DNA of 57,399 bases, the filler included, from Basidiobolus ranarum (Eukaryota): the NCBI GenBank assembly GCA_040143965.1. It is 4 parts of 4 records of this genome, joined end to end, with 100 filler letters (N's around TTAATTAATTAA, not from the genome) between each part and the next. Parts side by side here need not be neighbours in the genome. Positions count along the whole stretch, not along the records: positions 28,821 to 43,064 come from JASJQH010007308.1; positions 43,165 to 57,399 come from JASJQH010007309.1; 2 more parts are not named here. The stretch is one strand, 5' to 3'. Shown here in pieces: positions 36,243-48,093 of the stretch. The number at the start of each line of letters is the position of its first letter. Position 1 is the stretch's first letter. The translations under genes were made by a program, and so were the position numbers. Below the pieces are notes generated by a model. The model did no database searches. It was not told the origin of the DNA and saw nothing but the letters and a program-made list of their open reading frames with translations.

Positions 36243-37653
36243 ATGTTTCGTGTTCTGTGCCATAAACCACTTATCGAAGCTAGAAGCTTGTCTATTGCTA
36301 AGCAAGTATGCCTCAAAACGAAACAAATTCACTTGAGGTTCAAGCCACTATTATTTGAGTGCCTGAAGTTTTCTTACTGATATTATTCTTTTTCATTATT
36401 GTAGAAACCATTCAACTCAACTTGCCAGCTTTAAATGGGTTTCTAAATCCTTGTCTCTACCTCAACTGTCTCAGAAGAGTATTTTCGCTAAGGCTGGGTA
36501 TTTAATTTGACATTATGGAATTACTCATGCTCTACGTTCTAACCAATGTGATATTTCAAGCTGTTCTTACTTGCTTTCTTCCTCACGATCATACACCAAC
36601 ATGTCGTCAAATACTGACAAAGAAGATACCCCCAGTAAATCAAACGATAACCCTCTATTTAAAAAAGTACATCTTAATTGGCGATTTTCTCTCAATCTTA
36701 AATACTTATCCCATTCTTTGAAAGTTGAAGGAGATTCCTTTAAAGGAGGAAGTATTTAACATTCCTAATGTGCTCACTTTATCGCGTCTTGCTGCATCAC
36801 CGTTCATTGGATATTTGATATATCAGCAACAGTACACTGTCGCACTTATTGGTTTTGCTATTGCTGGTTTCACAGACATGGTACTTTTCTACTGGAAATT
36901 TCCATGCAAAGACGTATGCTAAAAGATTGCATTATATTCATGAACAGCTTGATGGCTATATAGCTAGAAAATGGAACATGAAGACATTCGTTGGCTCTAT
37001 CATCGACCCCATGGCAGATAAAACCCTAATGACAATATTGACAGTGACTCTTGCTTCTCAGAACCTGATTCCAAGTAGAGAATAACCGCCTTTCGCCTTA
37101 TGTTTTTCTTCTATTCACATCATTCAATTCAACTTTTAGTGCCATTAGCGGTGATAATTCTTGGACGGGATATTGGTCTCGTTATTTCAAGCTTCTATTA
37201 TAGATATATATCTCTACCACCTCCGGTACATCTCTGCACTCATATAATTGATTTGATTTCTCAACTGATGGCGCATTTTGACAGAAAACCTTAACTAGAT
37301 ACTTTGACTTTACGCTCCCTTCAGCCGAAGTCAGGCCTACCCAGATTAGCAAAGTAGACTATTTTCAAACCCATTCTTTCTCAGCCTCCAATTGACTTGT
37401 ATTTCATCCAGGTCAACACAGCTCTGCAATTGCTTCTGATGGGGTCTTCTCTTGCCGGGCCAGTGTTTGGATTCAGTGAAAGCATAGCCCTTACTGCACT
37501 CCAGTTCGTATGGCCAATTCATTCTTTGTAGTGACTTTGTTCTAATTGATTTTCATTAGATATACTGTGGGTGCCACAACCATTCTCTCCGGTGCAAGCT
37601 ATGTTTATTCGAAAGATGCAGTACGGATTCTGCATCAGCAGAAAAAAGAATGA
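36243..37653 (+). CDS. CRD1: Cardiolipin synthase (CDP-alcohol phosphatidyltransferase)
   Basis: NIPNVLTLSRL, AGFTDM|LDGYIARKW..GSIIDPMADK, IILGRD, RYFDF..EVRPTQISK|VNTALQ, after a mitochondrial-type presequence. Confidence 0.92.
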
Positions 37654-37827
37654 TTGGACATTCCACACTTTAGTCTAAATGTTACAGGGGCAGCTATTCT
37701 TCATTCTATGCTCCGGCACAAATAAAACTACATACACTTTATATACAAATGTACCGTATCCATTCATAAATCAACTAGCAAATATGAACAATCGATGATT
37801 TTATTATCAACAATAACCTTGGAGATG

Positions 37828-37860
37828 CATCACACATCACACATTACACATCACACATCA
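37828..37860. repeat. CATCACA heptamer microsatellite (~4.7 copies)
   Basis: catcaca catcaca cattaca catcaca catca. Confidence 0.7.
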
Positions 37861-37974
37861 TTCAGAGAGTAGCTAAATTTAGATTATGTCGATCAATTTA
37901 GAAATATTTCGAGTGAATGAGTCAAGTTCACCCATCCATTAAATTAGGTTCCTTGAACACTTTACCTTATCATT

Positions 37975-38400
37975 ATGGGGAACTCTTATCAACAAAGAAT
38001 CGCCGAACTTGAACGTTTAGAAAAAGTTAATTCCGAGAAAGAAAATAAAACCACAGTATTACATCAACTTAACCTACAAGACCTGGATATTTCTTCTCAC
38101 TTTAATGAGAACTCTTCCGACGAGGACCTTAATGTGGAACAAGAAGAAACCAATGAACGAATGTTACGTCGTTTTCAGGACGCTTTAGAAAGTCGTCAAT
38201 TTCACCAGCAATTATTGGTATCCCAAGCGGTACTGCGTAACAGAATTCGACAAAGATTGGAGGTAAAGTGAGCCTTGATTGAACGTGAAAATCCTCTCCC
38301 AAAATACTCATTTTTTACTTAGAGCCCTTTAAGGCCGGAGAATAGCTTAATGGAGATATTGGCTCGTTATTCTGGTGACATAGAAATGGACGAGGTTTAG
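37975..38400 (+). CDS. Small hypothetical charged helical protein (2 exons)
   Basis: The 98-codon ORF has a GT donor near its end and an in-frame second exon SPLRPENSLMEILARYSGDIEMDEV*. Confidence 0.5.
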
Positions 38401-39560
38401 TCTGAACCTGAAGTAAGTTGGTTGAAACTCCACTCTCTTATTATATTCTCTCAATTGAAAGTTGGGTTATAGTTCTCATTTAGGACACAGTTGCTCTCTA
38501 CTCCTTCAGCACTTTTTGTTTGGAAATGATAATCAAAATTGATATTTTGTATTTTGTTGTAACATTTTTCTTTTCTGTGTATCAATTCATTTATCGATTT
38601 CTTTCCATTCATTGCCTCTCTGGATACTCTTCTGCTGAGTTTACTTTTGGTCTCAATATTATGTTTATCAGTAATAAAAGCAAAGTCAACATCATGGACA
38701 GAAGGTGCTTAAACCAGTTAATAATAGGGATTGTTATATACATAGCATATATTGAGCAGAAAGAATTTCAGATAGCATTCACAGCTTATTAACCTTTTGG
38801 TGGTATTAGAGAATGAATGAAATGTTGAAATATAAATCTAATGTAATCCATACAGAGAACTAGAAACATTGTTCACTAAAGTCATTTGCGGTGTGACAAA
38901 GATATTTATCGGTATCGGGATTTCGAATACCACTATTTGAAGTAGAGCTGATATCAATAATCTCACACGAACCTAGAAATACTTTGTAAGCATTGGATTC
39001 AAGCATTATCCAGCTTCTATTTAGACCATTCGTTGTGACTTCAACAAAACCTTCATCTCAAAGCAGTAGAGATTGAGATCAAATTCCCACATTCAACATT
39101 TAGCCGGGACTGAAATAGAAAAGCGAGACATATAGTGAATTTGGCCATATTACCAACTACCAGTAGTGCCAAATAAAGCTTTGATACTACTGTGACCTGT
39201 CTTACACTAAGCTGGATAGACAGTTTGGAAAGAGATTTGCCTTCGACCTAACAAATTACCCACACTAGATTTGATAACATAGACGAATGACCTTGGCACG
39301 ATCGTTCTAAGACCTGGTAACATTATAGACATACACCTCATATATGGACGGAATTACTGGGGTAAATCACTAGCTTGTTGGTGTAACTTTACCATATTAG
39401 AGTTGACCTGTTCCATGCTCAATAAAGTTAATCCTCTCGTCCAGTGCAGAAAATCTCTGCACTATGTGAAACTTTAGGTCTTCTTTAATCTAAGATTTTG
39501 CTATAAAAATTCACCTCTCCTTCATAGTGAGTTAAAAAAAACTCAACCCTTTCTTAAATC

Positions 39561-40947
39561 ATGACTGAACTATCCTCGGCGGTTTTCAATGAGAAGGATG
39601 GATTCAAGCCCGCATTTACCTCTACTGAAGATAGCCCCACCAAAATAGGAGACCAAGATGTAGAAGTTTTGCAGCAGAGTGAAGGCACCACTACCGCCAA
39701 GAAGGCCTTCTTGTTGTTAATAAAGGCCTTTGTGGGAACTGGCGTTCTCTTTCTGCCAAAGGCCTTCTCCAACGGTGGGCTGATATTCTCCATGATTGTC
39801 TTGTCTGTAGTAGCTTCGGTAACAGCGGTAGCCATGTTGCTCTTGGTTAAGGTGAGACTTCAGGTTCCCGGTGACTTTGAGGATATCGCTTATAAAATCT
39901 ACGGAAAACCCTTGAAAATCATCGTGATGTCCTCCATCACCATCTCACAGGTATTTACAATCCATACATATAGTTCCTAGTGTTTCATCCTAACCGCAAT
40001 CTCTTTTCTAGATGGGATTTTGCTGTGCTTATTTTATCTTCGTGGCGCAGAATCTGTATGACCTCACTCATTCTTTATCTAATTGTACCGTAGATATTCC
40101 TGTCATCTATTTCATTCTCCTCCAGTTAGTGGTATACATGCCTTTCTCACTGATCAGAAAGATCAAAGCATTCTCTTACACAGCCCTGTTGGCCGATGTT
40201 TTCATTCTTATTGGGATCGTGTATATTCTCTACCGAGATATCGAGAAGTTAGCCACCATTGGTACCGGTACAATTCAACTATTTAATTCCAAGGACTATC
40301 CACTCTTCATCGGTACCGCACTATTCAGCTATGAAGGAATCGGCTTGGTACTGCCAGTTGTGAATTCCATGAAAGAACCGAAGCGTTTCCCAGCTGTTCT
40401 CGCCAGTGTCATCGTGGTTGTAACAGTAGTGTTTGTCTCGGTTGGTGCTATCTCCTATGCAGCATTTGGTGACGTAACTGAGACCATTGTTCTTCTGAAT
40501 ATGCCAGTGGGACATTCGATGACCATCGCCGTGCAATTCTTCTACGTCTTTGCGATCCTTTTAACTCTACCCTTGATGTTATTCCCAGCCATCGATATCC
40601 TTGAGAGTGGATTATTTGGTAGGAAATCTGGAAGAGGAAGTAAGATGGTTAAATGGCAGAAGAATCTCTTCCGTGTTCTACTCTGTTTATCTTTGTCGAT
40701 GATTGCTTGGGGAGGTGCCTCAAACTTGGATAATTTCGTTGCTTTGATTGGTGGATTTGGATGTATTCCACTTCTGTTCATTTATCCAGCTATGTTTCAT
40801 TACAAAGTGGTGGCTACCAAACGATTATACAGAATTGGAAATCTGGTGTTCATTGGGTTCGGTTTCATCGTGATGGTGTTTGTAACCTACATCAGTATCA
40901 AGAGTTGGTCCACAGCAGCCGTGGTAAATCATTGTACCGCTCATTAA
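39561..40947 (+). CDS. Amino acid transporter, Aa_trans/SLC36 (Avt3/Avt4-like)
   Basis: LLIKAFVGTGVLFLPKAFSNGG, SQ|MGFCCAYFIFVA, FIGTALFSYEGIGLVLP, multiple TM helices. One intron at 39951-40011. Confidence 0.93.
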
Positions 40948-42272
40948 TATCTTCGTAGAGAGTGAATTCATCATGTATAAACATAACCTGTTGTAAAGTA
41001 ATAAATCATCATCCAACATATTCAGCTTAAGGTTAGGTAAACACGATACACCAATATTTCGACGAATCATCTTCTAGTAATACACAGCGAACCAGTTATG
41101 ATGATCTGGTCACCAAACCCAAGTCTAACCTAACATGGTGATACAGGTTTTGACAGTTCGGATTAGGAATTTCCCGGGCCATGAGAATATTTGGCAACCC
41201 CGCTTATTGGTCACAAGCTTAATCAGCTGCTACTTCGAAGGATTCCTTTTTTGTCATTCATTCACTAGTTTAATTATTACCTATCTAAATTGGGAAAGCA
41301 AGTTGAGCAAAGATTGTTACCAGTAGTTGGGTTGGGTAGTTTCTAAGTGTACGTGGGATTATGGTCAGAAGCAACCCGGTTGATTCTATCCAGATATTCG
41401 TACCATGAAGTGTGAGGTGGTACACATGTTTGGCAGGTTGCTTTCAATTCAATCAATATTTTAGTATCAAAACCTTCAGTTTTCTTGTCCCCCAATAATA
41501 GAAACATTATCGATATTCTCTATTCCATTCCCTATTCCCTATTTCCCCAATGAACTACTGTACAAATCAAAATTCTCATCAAGTTCGGTGGTTCACTAAC
41601 TAGTGATAAGAATTGGGTTGGCCTATTTGATAGTCTCTGTGAGTTGCTTTGTATTAGTAAGTTGCAGTAGAATATCGTTTGCCACTCACCTTGCGTAACA
41701 AGTACATGAAACCGCTCTTTTCGGGTCTAATCCATACACTGCCAGAATCGCTTTTAAAAAATTGAATTCACCCATTGTATAGAAAAATGTCTCATATCAG
41801 TAAGGATCCAATCGTGCTCAATTGGGATAGAAATTCACAGTTTGGATTTTATCTAATTTTGTACGATTCATTCATTTGATTATGGAATTTTAAGCGCTAA
41901 TCAAATGGATGTACCTTCTTCTCACTATATTTCCATGTTGCTTTCAACTAGTTTTTTTTTCAACCATACTGACTAAGGTTTCGAAACTTCAACTGAACCA
42001 AATATACAGATATAAACCAAGGACACCATGAAGTTTCCTTGTGAATAAAACATGTAATAGAAAGATAAAAAAACCATGAAAAGGCTAGAATTATATTGCA
42101 TGCAATATCTGATACCATGCACACGCTTACTTCTGATTAGGCTAGAACATATTTGACTATATAAATGGGCACTCAAGCTTGAGCACAAAATCATCTTTTC
42201 ATAATATGCAACAAGTATATGTAATTTCTGTAAATCCAGTATATGCAATGGACTTGGGCCAGAGGCTGTTGG

Positions 42273-43058
42273 TGTTGAAATTAGCATAGCCTAAACACCT
42301 ATATAGGTATATTTAGCTTAGTATTTAGTTACCCTATATCTCACTAATATATTACCCATTGTTCTCAATAGGAATTTACATAGAATATTGACACCAAATT
42401 AGAAGCTCTTAGATATATAGATTTTTCAACCTTGTTCCAGAAGCCCCAAACTTTGCACACATTTCTCTAATTCTCCAAACCACATCCAACAGGCTCCTAA
42501 GTACTTTAAAAAGTGTTGGAGGATCTTGACATAATGGGGGTAGACTTTATATATTAGAGGCAACTTTTGATAGTGTTTTAGGTTACTTTATTCTTAAGTG
42601 ATTATGGTGACCTATATAGTAGAGAAGTAAATCAATTGTTTGAGATATTCAGGAGTTTGGGTAATAAGCTATAATAGATAAGTGGGGGTATTAAGACATA
42701 CTTGTTATTGTTGAAATTAGCATTGCCCAAGCACCTATATAGTCATATGTAGCTTAGTACTTAGCTATCTTATAATTCACTAAGTTATTATCTATTATCC
42801 TCATGAGGAATTTACTTAGAATATTTTTACCAAATTAAAAGTTCTCCGATATATAGACTTTTCAAACTTGTACTAGAAGTCCCAAACTTTGCACACATGT
42901 TACTGCGACTTTCCTTAACATATTCTACTTGCTATATTGTTTACATCTTGACAAAACTATATATGTTAACTTTCTACTCAATAAATCAATAAGTGAAACC
43001 CACCAATTCCTCTAATTCTCCAAACCACTTCCAACAGGCTGCCAAATACTTTAACAGG
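42273..43058. repeat. Two diverged direct copies (~42273-42510, ~42709-43058) of a CpG-poor, AT-rich element; probable decayed transposon
   Basis: Shared tgttgaaattagcat..cacctatata..aggaatttac.tagaatatt..cccaaactttgcacacat..ctctaattctccaaaccac.tccaacaggct. Copy 2 has a ~110-bp insert, and the contig ends here. Confidence 0.75.
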
Positions 43059-43064
43059 TTATGA

Positions 43065-43164
43065 NNNNNNNNNNNNNNNNNNNNNNNNNNNNNNNNNNNN
43101 NNNNNNNNTTAATTAATTAANNNNNNNNNNNNNNNNNNNNNNNNNNNNNNNNNNNNNNNNNNNN
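43065..43164. other. Assembly spacer
   Basis: N run with TTAATTAATTAA. Confidence 0.97.
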
Positions 43165-43246
43165 ATCTTACTCTTATCCTCAATGTGCGGTCTTTCAAAC
43201 TTGACGGTTTGTGCTTATGTGCTCTAGTGGCATATCAACGAAGGAT

Positions 43247-43584
43247 TTAGATCTCAGCTACGGTAAGACTGGGAGGGAGAGATTGCTTCAACTTCTCGGC
43301 CTTCTCAAGATCGGCAACGACCAAAGTATAAAGGTACTTTGAGCATCTGATCTTGAACTTGACTTCGGCTCCGTTCTTCTTGATACGAGCAGATTTGGCG
43401 TCCTTACGACGAGCGATCTCAAGGAAGTTCTTGATGTCCTGAACTTGTTTAGGCTAGAATGAGATTATAAGCATTAGTGATGTTAATTACTTTAAGGGGA
43501 TATCGACAACGCGGGTATAGCGTTAAAGATCATCCATTAGATCCATACAGGTACATCCATCAACCTGCATTGTCAACTCACCAT
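43247..43584 (-). CDS. RPL38: 60S ribosomal protein eL38
   Basis: ATG|intron|[54 protein letters not shown]. Not in the ORF track. Confidence 0.96.
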
Positions 43585-44415
43585 TATGAAGAACAACCAC
43601 TGATTAGGTGTTGAAAGAAAGGACTGATAATTCCAAACGTTGGTCACTTTATTCCTCCATTCAATAAATTGAAATCATAGGTTTTAGGGGGAATCAACTC
43701 CACCCCCAAATTCCTTCTTAGATCCTCGGCAAAAAAAAATATTTGTAACCATTTGATAGTTGATTAAGTGGTGTACTGGAATACATTCAAACGTTCAGGT
43801 AATCCTGGTGGTAGTTACGGTTCAACTATCTGGATTAGTTGAATTAAATAATCGCGACTCGATCTACAGTGCCTCAGGTTTTACCAACTCACTGTTACTA
43901 TGCTGACAACTTGGTGCCACATATGCCTATGATGTTACTGATCGGTTGCTAAGAATCTGTCAATCACATCTACTCTAGGTACAGTGGTAGCAATACCGAA
44001 ACCTATAGTTGCATTCACATTTATCACTTTGGGTTAAAGCTACTTCTATAGAAGATAGAGAAAGTGGATCAAATCGAGCTTTCTGTTAATTTGCGACGAG
44101 TAGCATTCGAAAGAATAAACGGATTGTAGTGGCCACATGTATATCAAAAATCACACAATGAGCAGTGTCAAAGTTTCCTACTTTCCGTCCTGAGATTTCC
44201 TTAATAGCGCCCCTACTACGTCCTTTGGAGCGAAAAGATTGGATTACAATAAATCCATATGGAATACTCCATTGAATGCGTCGCTTTTAGAGTAGGTTCT
44301 GGTAGGTGGAAGGAAAGGACGTGCCGCTGCGGCTCCGTGATCTGTCGTTATAATTCTGACTACATAATGAAGCGTGAGGGCTTGGTGATTAACAATTAGC
44401 TGTATTTTACCCATC

Positions 44416-44620
44416 ATACAGATATTCATCAAGACGCTGGAAGAAAGTAATGTGGTCGAATCGTGTGATTACATTGCCAACGTCAAACAGAAGGTTCAAG
44501 ATAAGGAGAGTATTCCACCAGATCAACAACGTCCCATCTTCATATGTAAGCAGTTAGAAGATGACCATACCCCAAGTGACGACAACTAGAAAGAATCTAC
44601 TTTGCGCTTGGTACTACGCT
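44416..44620 (+). pseudogene. Ubiquitin pseudogene (single unit)
   Basis: [64 protein letters not shown] is mutated to ATA, there is an internal stop, and no C-terminal GG. Confidence 0.88.
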
Positions 44621-44936
44621 ACGAAACATCTTCAATAAAGAGAAATGCTGAAGTATATTTGATTCAATAATATTTATTTCGTTACATAAGTATATATCAA
44701 CGTAGTACTACCACTCCTATACTCCAATGAATACTGCTGCTAAATTACTAGCCACGAAGGTATTATGCATCAATAAAGTTGACCCTGATTAATGGAGAAG
44801 AAATTCCGGTACTTACACCCAAACTTATCTGCCGAAGATGATAGAAGTAAAAAAATTCACAGAATATAATATAAAACAATACACGAAAAGATGGTGAGCT
44901 CTTAGTAGTTAGTATAGAAACCATAGCTTGTTCAAG

Positions 44937-46255
44937 TTAAAAATTTTGAAATAGATTTTTGTAAGGATCATCAAAGCTGCCACTATCAATTGGTTCTTCC
45001 GGATACCGATCGAAGTTTGATGTATCTCCAGGATGACGGAATAGAGGAACAATAGGTGCCTAAGTTATTAGTTAGTGGGGTAATCAATATAGAAATAAAC
45101 GATCTAACATACTGGGACTTTACGATCTTGAACAGTTTGCCAATTGATCCCGCGAAACCACTTATGATTTTTTACATCTTCGGAGCCACCTTTTAGATTT
45201 CCAAGTCGTTTTGTTCGATCGCTTGCTAGTAGTTTTTTGATCAGATCTCTAGCAACTGGGTCGATATGTGAGGGGAACATGATTCGACCATCCAAAATCT
45301 TCTCATAAATACCGAATGGATTATCGTCGAAGAAAGGTGGGTATCTACGATAGATATAATTAATATACTTCGCAACAAAGAGAAGACCAATATTTACATT
45401 AAACATACCCAGCTAACATTTCGAATATTAAAATCCCCAATGCCCACCAGTCAACTGCTTTCCCATGGCCTTTACTTTGTATAATTTCGGGTGCAAGATA
45501 TTCGGGTGTTCCGCAGAGTGTCCAGGTCCTATCTTCGACAATTTTAGCAAAACCAAAATCGGTTATTTTGATGTGTCCATGTTCATCAAGAAGTAAATTC
45601 TCTGGCTTAAGGTCACGATAGATAATATCTTTGGAATGTAGATATTCAATCGCAAGAATAATTTCTGCGGCATAAAATCGAGTCATATCACCAGTGAAGC
45701 GACCGGCTCGTCTCAGATGAGAAAATAATTCTCCACCGATTACATATTCCAGCAACATATACAGATTACGGTCATCTTGAAATGCGCAAAACCTTCAATA
45801 TATATAATAATCATTAGTGGGCTGACGAACTATATACACGCAATGTAGTTTGAACTTACAAATTTACTGCAAACGGGAAATCGATTAATGTTAAAATTTG
45901 CTTTTCTGAAGTTATATGTTCAACCTGCTTTAAACGAACGACTACTTCCTTCTTAAGTACTTTCATTGCGTAATAATTATCAGTTCCTTTATGTCTCGAG
46001 AGGTATACCCTTCCAAATGTGCCAGTACCTAGTATAAATATCACAAACAAATATTAGCTTTAAGCTATATCAATTGATATTTTTATGGGTACCTAGAGTC
46101 TGCTCCAGTTCAAAATTCGAAAGGGTAAACGGTGCGGCGGTTGCTCCTTTTGCTTCTCGTTCGACTTTCATCTCGGGTTTGCTATCGCTTTTGGCTAGTA
46201 GAGGTGTGACTTCATGATCAAGTGAAGATACAGAAGCAGTCATTGCTGTGGCCAT
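44937..46255 (-). CDS. cAMP-dependent protein kinase catalytic subunit family (PRKX-like branch)
   Basis: [66 protein letters not shown]-terminal FQNF. Confidence 0.95.
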
Positions 46256-47093
46256 TTAAGGTATGAAATGTGTGCAAAGTAGCGCAAAGAATGACTTGCT
46301 TATACTTGATTCTTTTATCAGGGCAGTTTAAAGAGTATGGTAGAGCTTAAGCGTAATATCTCTTCTCCTTTCTGTAAGGTATGATAGTGCTCAAGGTCAA
46401 GAAAGTGAAATGATGGAAATTAATGCCTCCACAAGGAGTTACTCAAAAGTAAAACCATGAAAATGCTCAATTTGAAGTTTTAACCACATACAAGTCAAGT
46501 CCTATAATAAAATGCATTGGATCTATTGGTAACTTTATTACCATTCCATGGTATTCTAAGGGTTAGCATGTATGCATATACAATCCCGGCAATACTTAAC
46601 ATGTTTGACGAAGATTATACATTTGTCTCCTGTTTATATATTTCTATATAAGTGATTAGTATTACTTGATCTCATTTCAGCAAACCGCCCCCTTAAACAT
46701 ACTCACACTTGGACAGAATGTCTAATGAAGTAATTGCGTTGTGACAGCATTAGCTAATGTAGTTTTATGTTATATCACAGTAAATAGAAGTATACAGGAT
46801 CAATCGTGACTGACTAAGCTATCTTTCTTGATTATATTTATATCTAATTCCAGGTGATTCCAACATCAACCCAACTAGTAGAAATCTTCCATTAAATTCC
46901 CATTAAGGCTTGACATCAACATTATTAATCAGCACACGAATTGCTGGCCTTTCCATTTTTCTATCTATCTCAATCATTCTGCCGTAGTACCATTTTACTT
47001 AAAGCGAACTGATGCTTATGTAATCTATTATAGCAATCATGGTAATATAAATGGTGAAAAAATTGTCAGAATCTAATTACGTTTCTCTACAAC

Positions 47094-47393
47094 ATGCCTT
47101 CCACTCAAGACCTCGTTAAAAAGTACATTGAAGACAATGTTGTCATGGTCTTCTCCAAATCTTACTGCCCATACTGCCATAGGGCTAAGGATGCTTTGGC
47201 CAAGGTTTACCCTGACTTCACCGCTATTGAACTCGATAAACTCCCTAACGGTAGTGACATCCAAGCCACTTTAATGGATCTCTCTGGACAACGCACAGTT
47301 CCAAATATTTACGTTAAAGGTCAACATCTTGGAGGTTGTGATGATCTTTTAAAGGCTATTAGCTCCGGTAAACTCAAGAATATGTTAGCCTAA
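47094..47393 (+). CDS. Dithiol glutaredoxin (CPYC)
   Basis: VFSKSYCPYC, GQRTVPNIY, GGCDD. Confidence 0.95.
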   Translation: MPSTQDLVKKYIEDNVVMVFSKSYCPYCHRAKDALAKVYPDFTAIELDKLPNGSDIQATLMDLSGQRTVPNIYVKGQHLGGCDDLLKAISSGKLKNMLA

Positions 47394-47700
47394 TGTCTTC
47401 ATGTATCCTTAGTCTGCAAGCAAAGTCATCTCATCATTTATTTCGCAATAAACATCTTTCAGTTGTATACTGCATTCATTCTTACTAGACTTATTATGTG
47501 GGTATAAGTGATTTTGAATTGTCTTTGTTGATATCTAGTAGAAGCTTAAATTATCGAAATCGATTGTTTTGCATGATACCATCTAATATCTTCGGGGAGA
47601 AAGATAGAAATTCATTCTGAAGTTAAATTTGGGGGCGAGTTATAATTGTCTAATTAGCAACCAATGAATTTGATGGGTTTTCTTGAAATTTCTAGTAAAA

Positions 47701-47985
47701 ACGCGAGAAGCGCGCGAAAATCAATCGTGCTTTAGGTGCATTAAATGGATGAATAAATATATATGGGCGATTAAACGTGAATTAATAATGATGAAATACT
47801 CAATCAACAGATATGATAGGTTGCTGGCCCGAGTCGGATCGTAATTCAGGATAGGTAGGATCTTATTCTAAAGCAAATCAAACCACGGTTTTAATGCTTT
47901 TCTATCTTTGGTGAAAACAGCTCAGTCGGTAACGTAGTAAGGTAGTAAGGTAACGTAAAACATTCGAGTGTAGCCTAAAACGCGT
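47701..47985 (+). promoter_or_regulatory. Cluster of E2F/SCB/MCB-like CGCG elements upstream of the PWWP gene
   Basis: acgcga (47701), gcgcgcgaaaa (47710-47720), aacgcgt (~47979). CGCG is otherwise sparse. Confidence 0.35.
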
Positions 47986-48093
47986 CAAGAGTTTTTACAC
48001 TTCAATTAACGATTCTTAAAGTTAAATAACATTCTGATTCTTTTTTTAAATTTTCTTTTAGTATTCTCTTTTAATTTCCCCATACACATAAAT

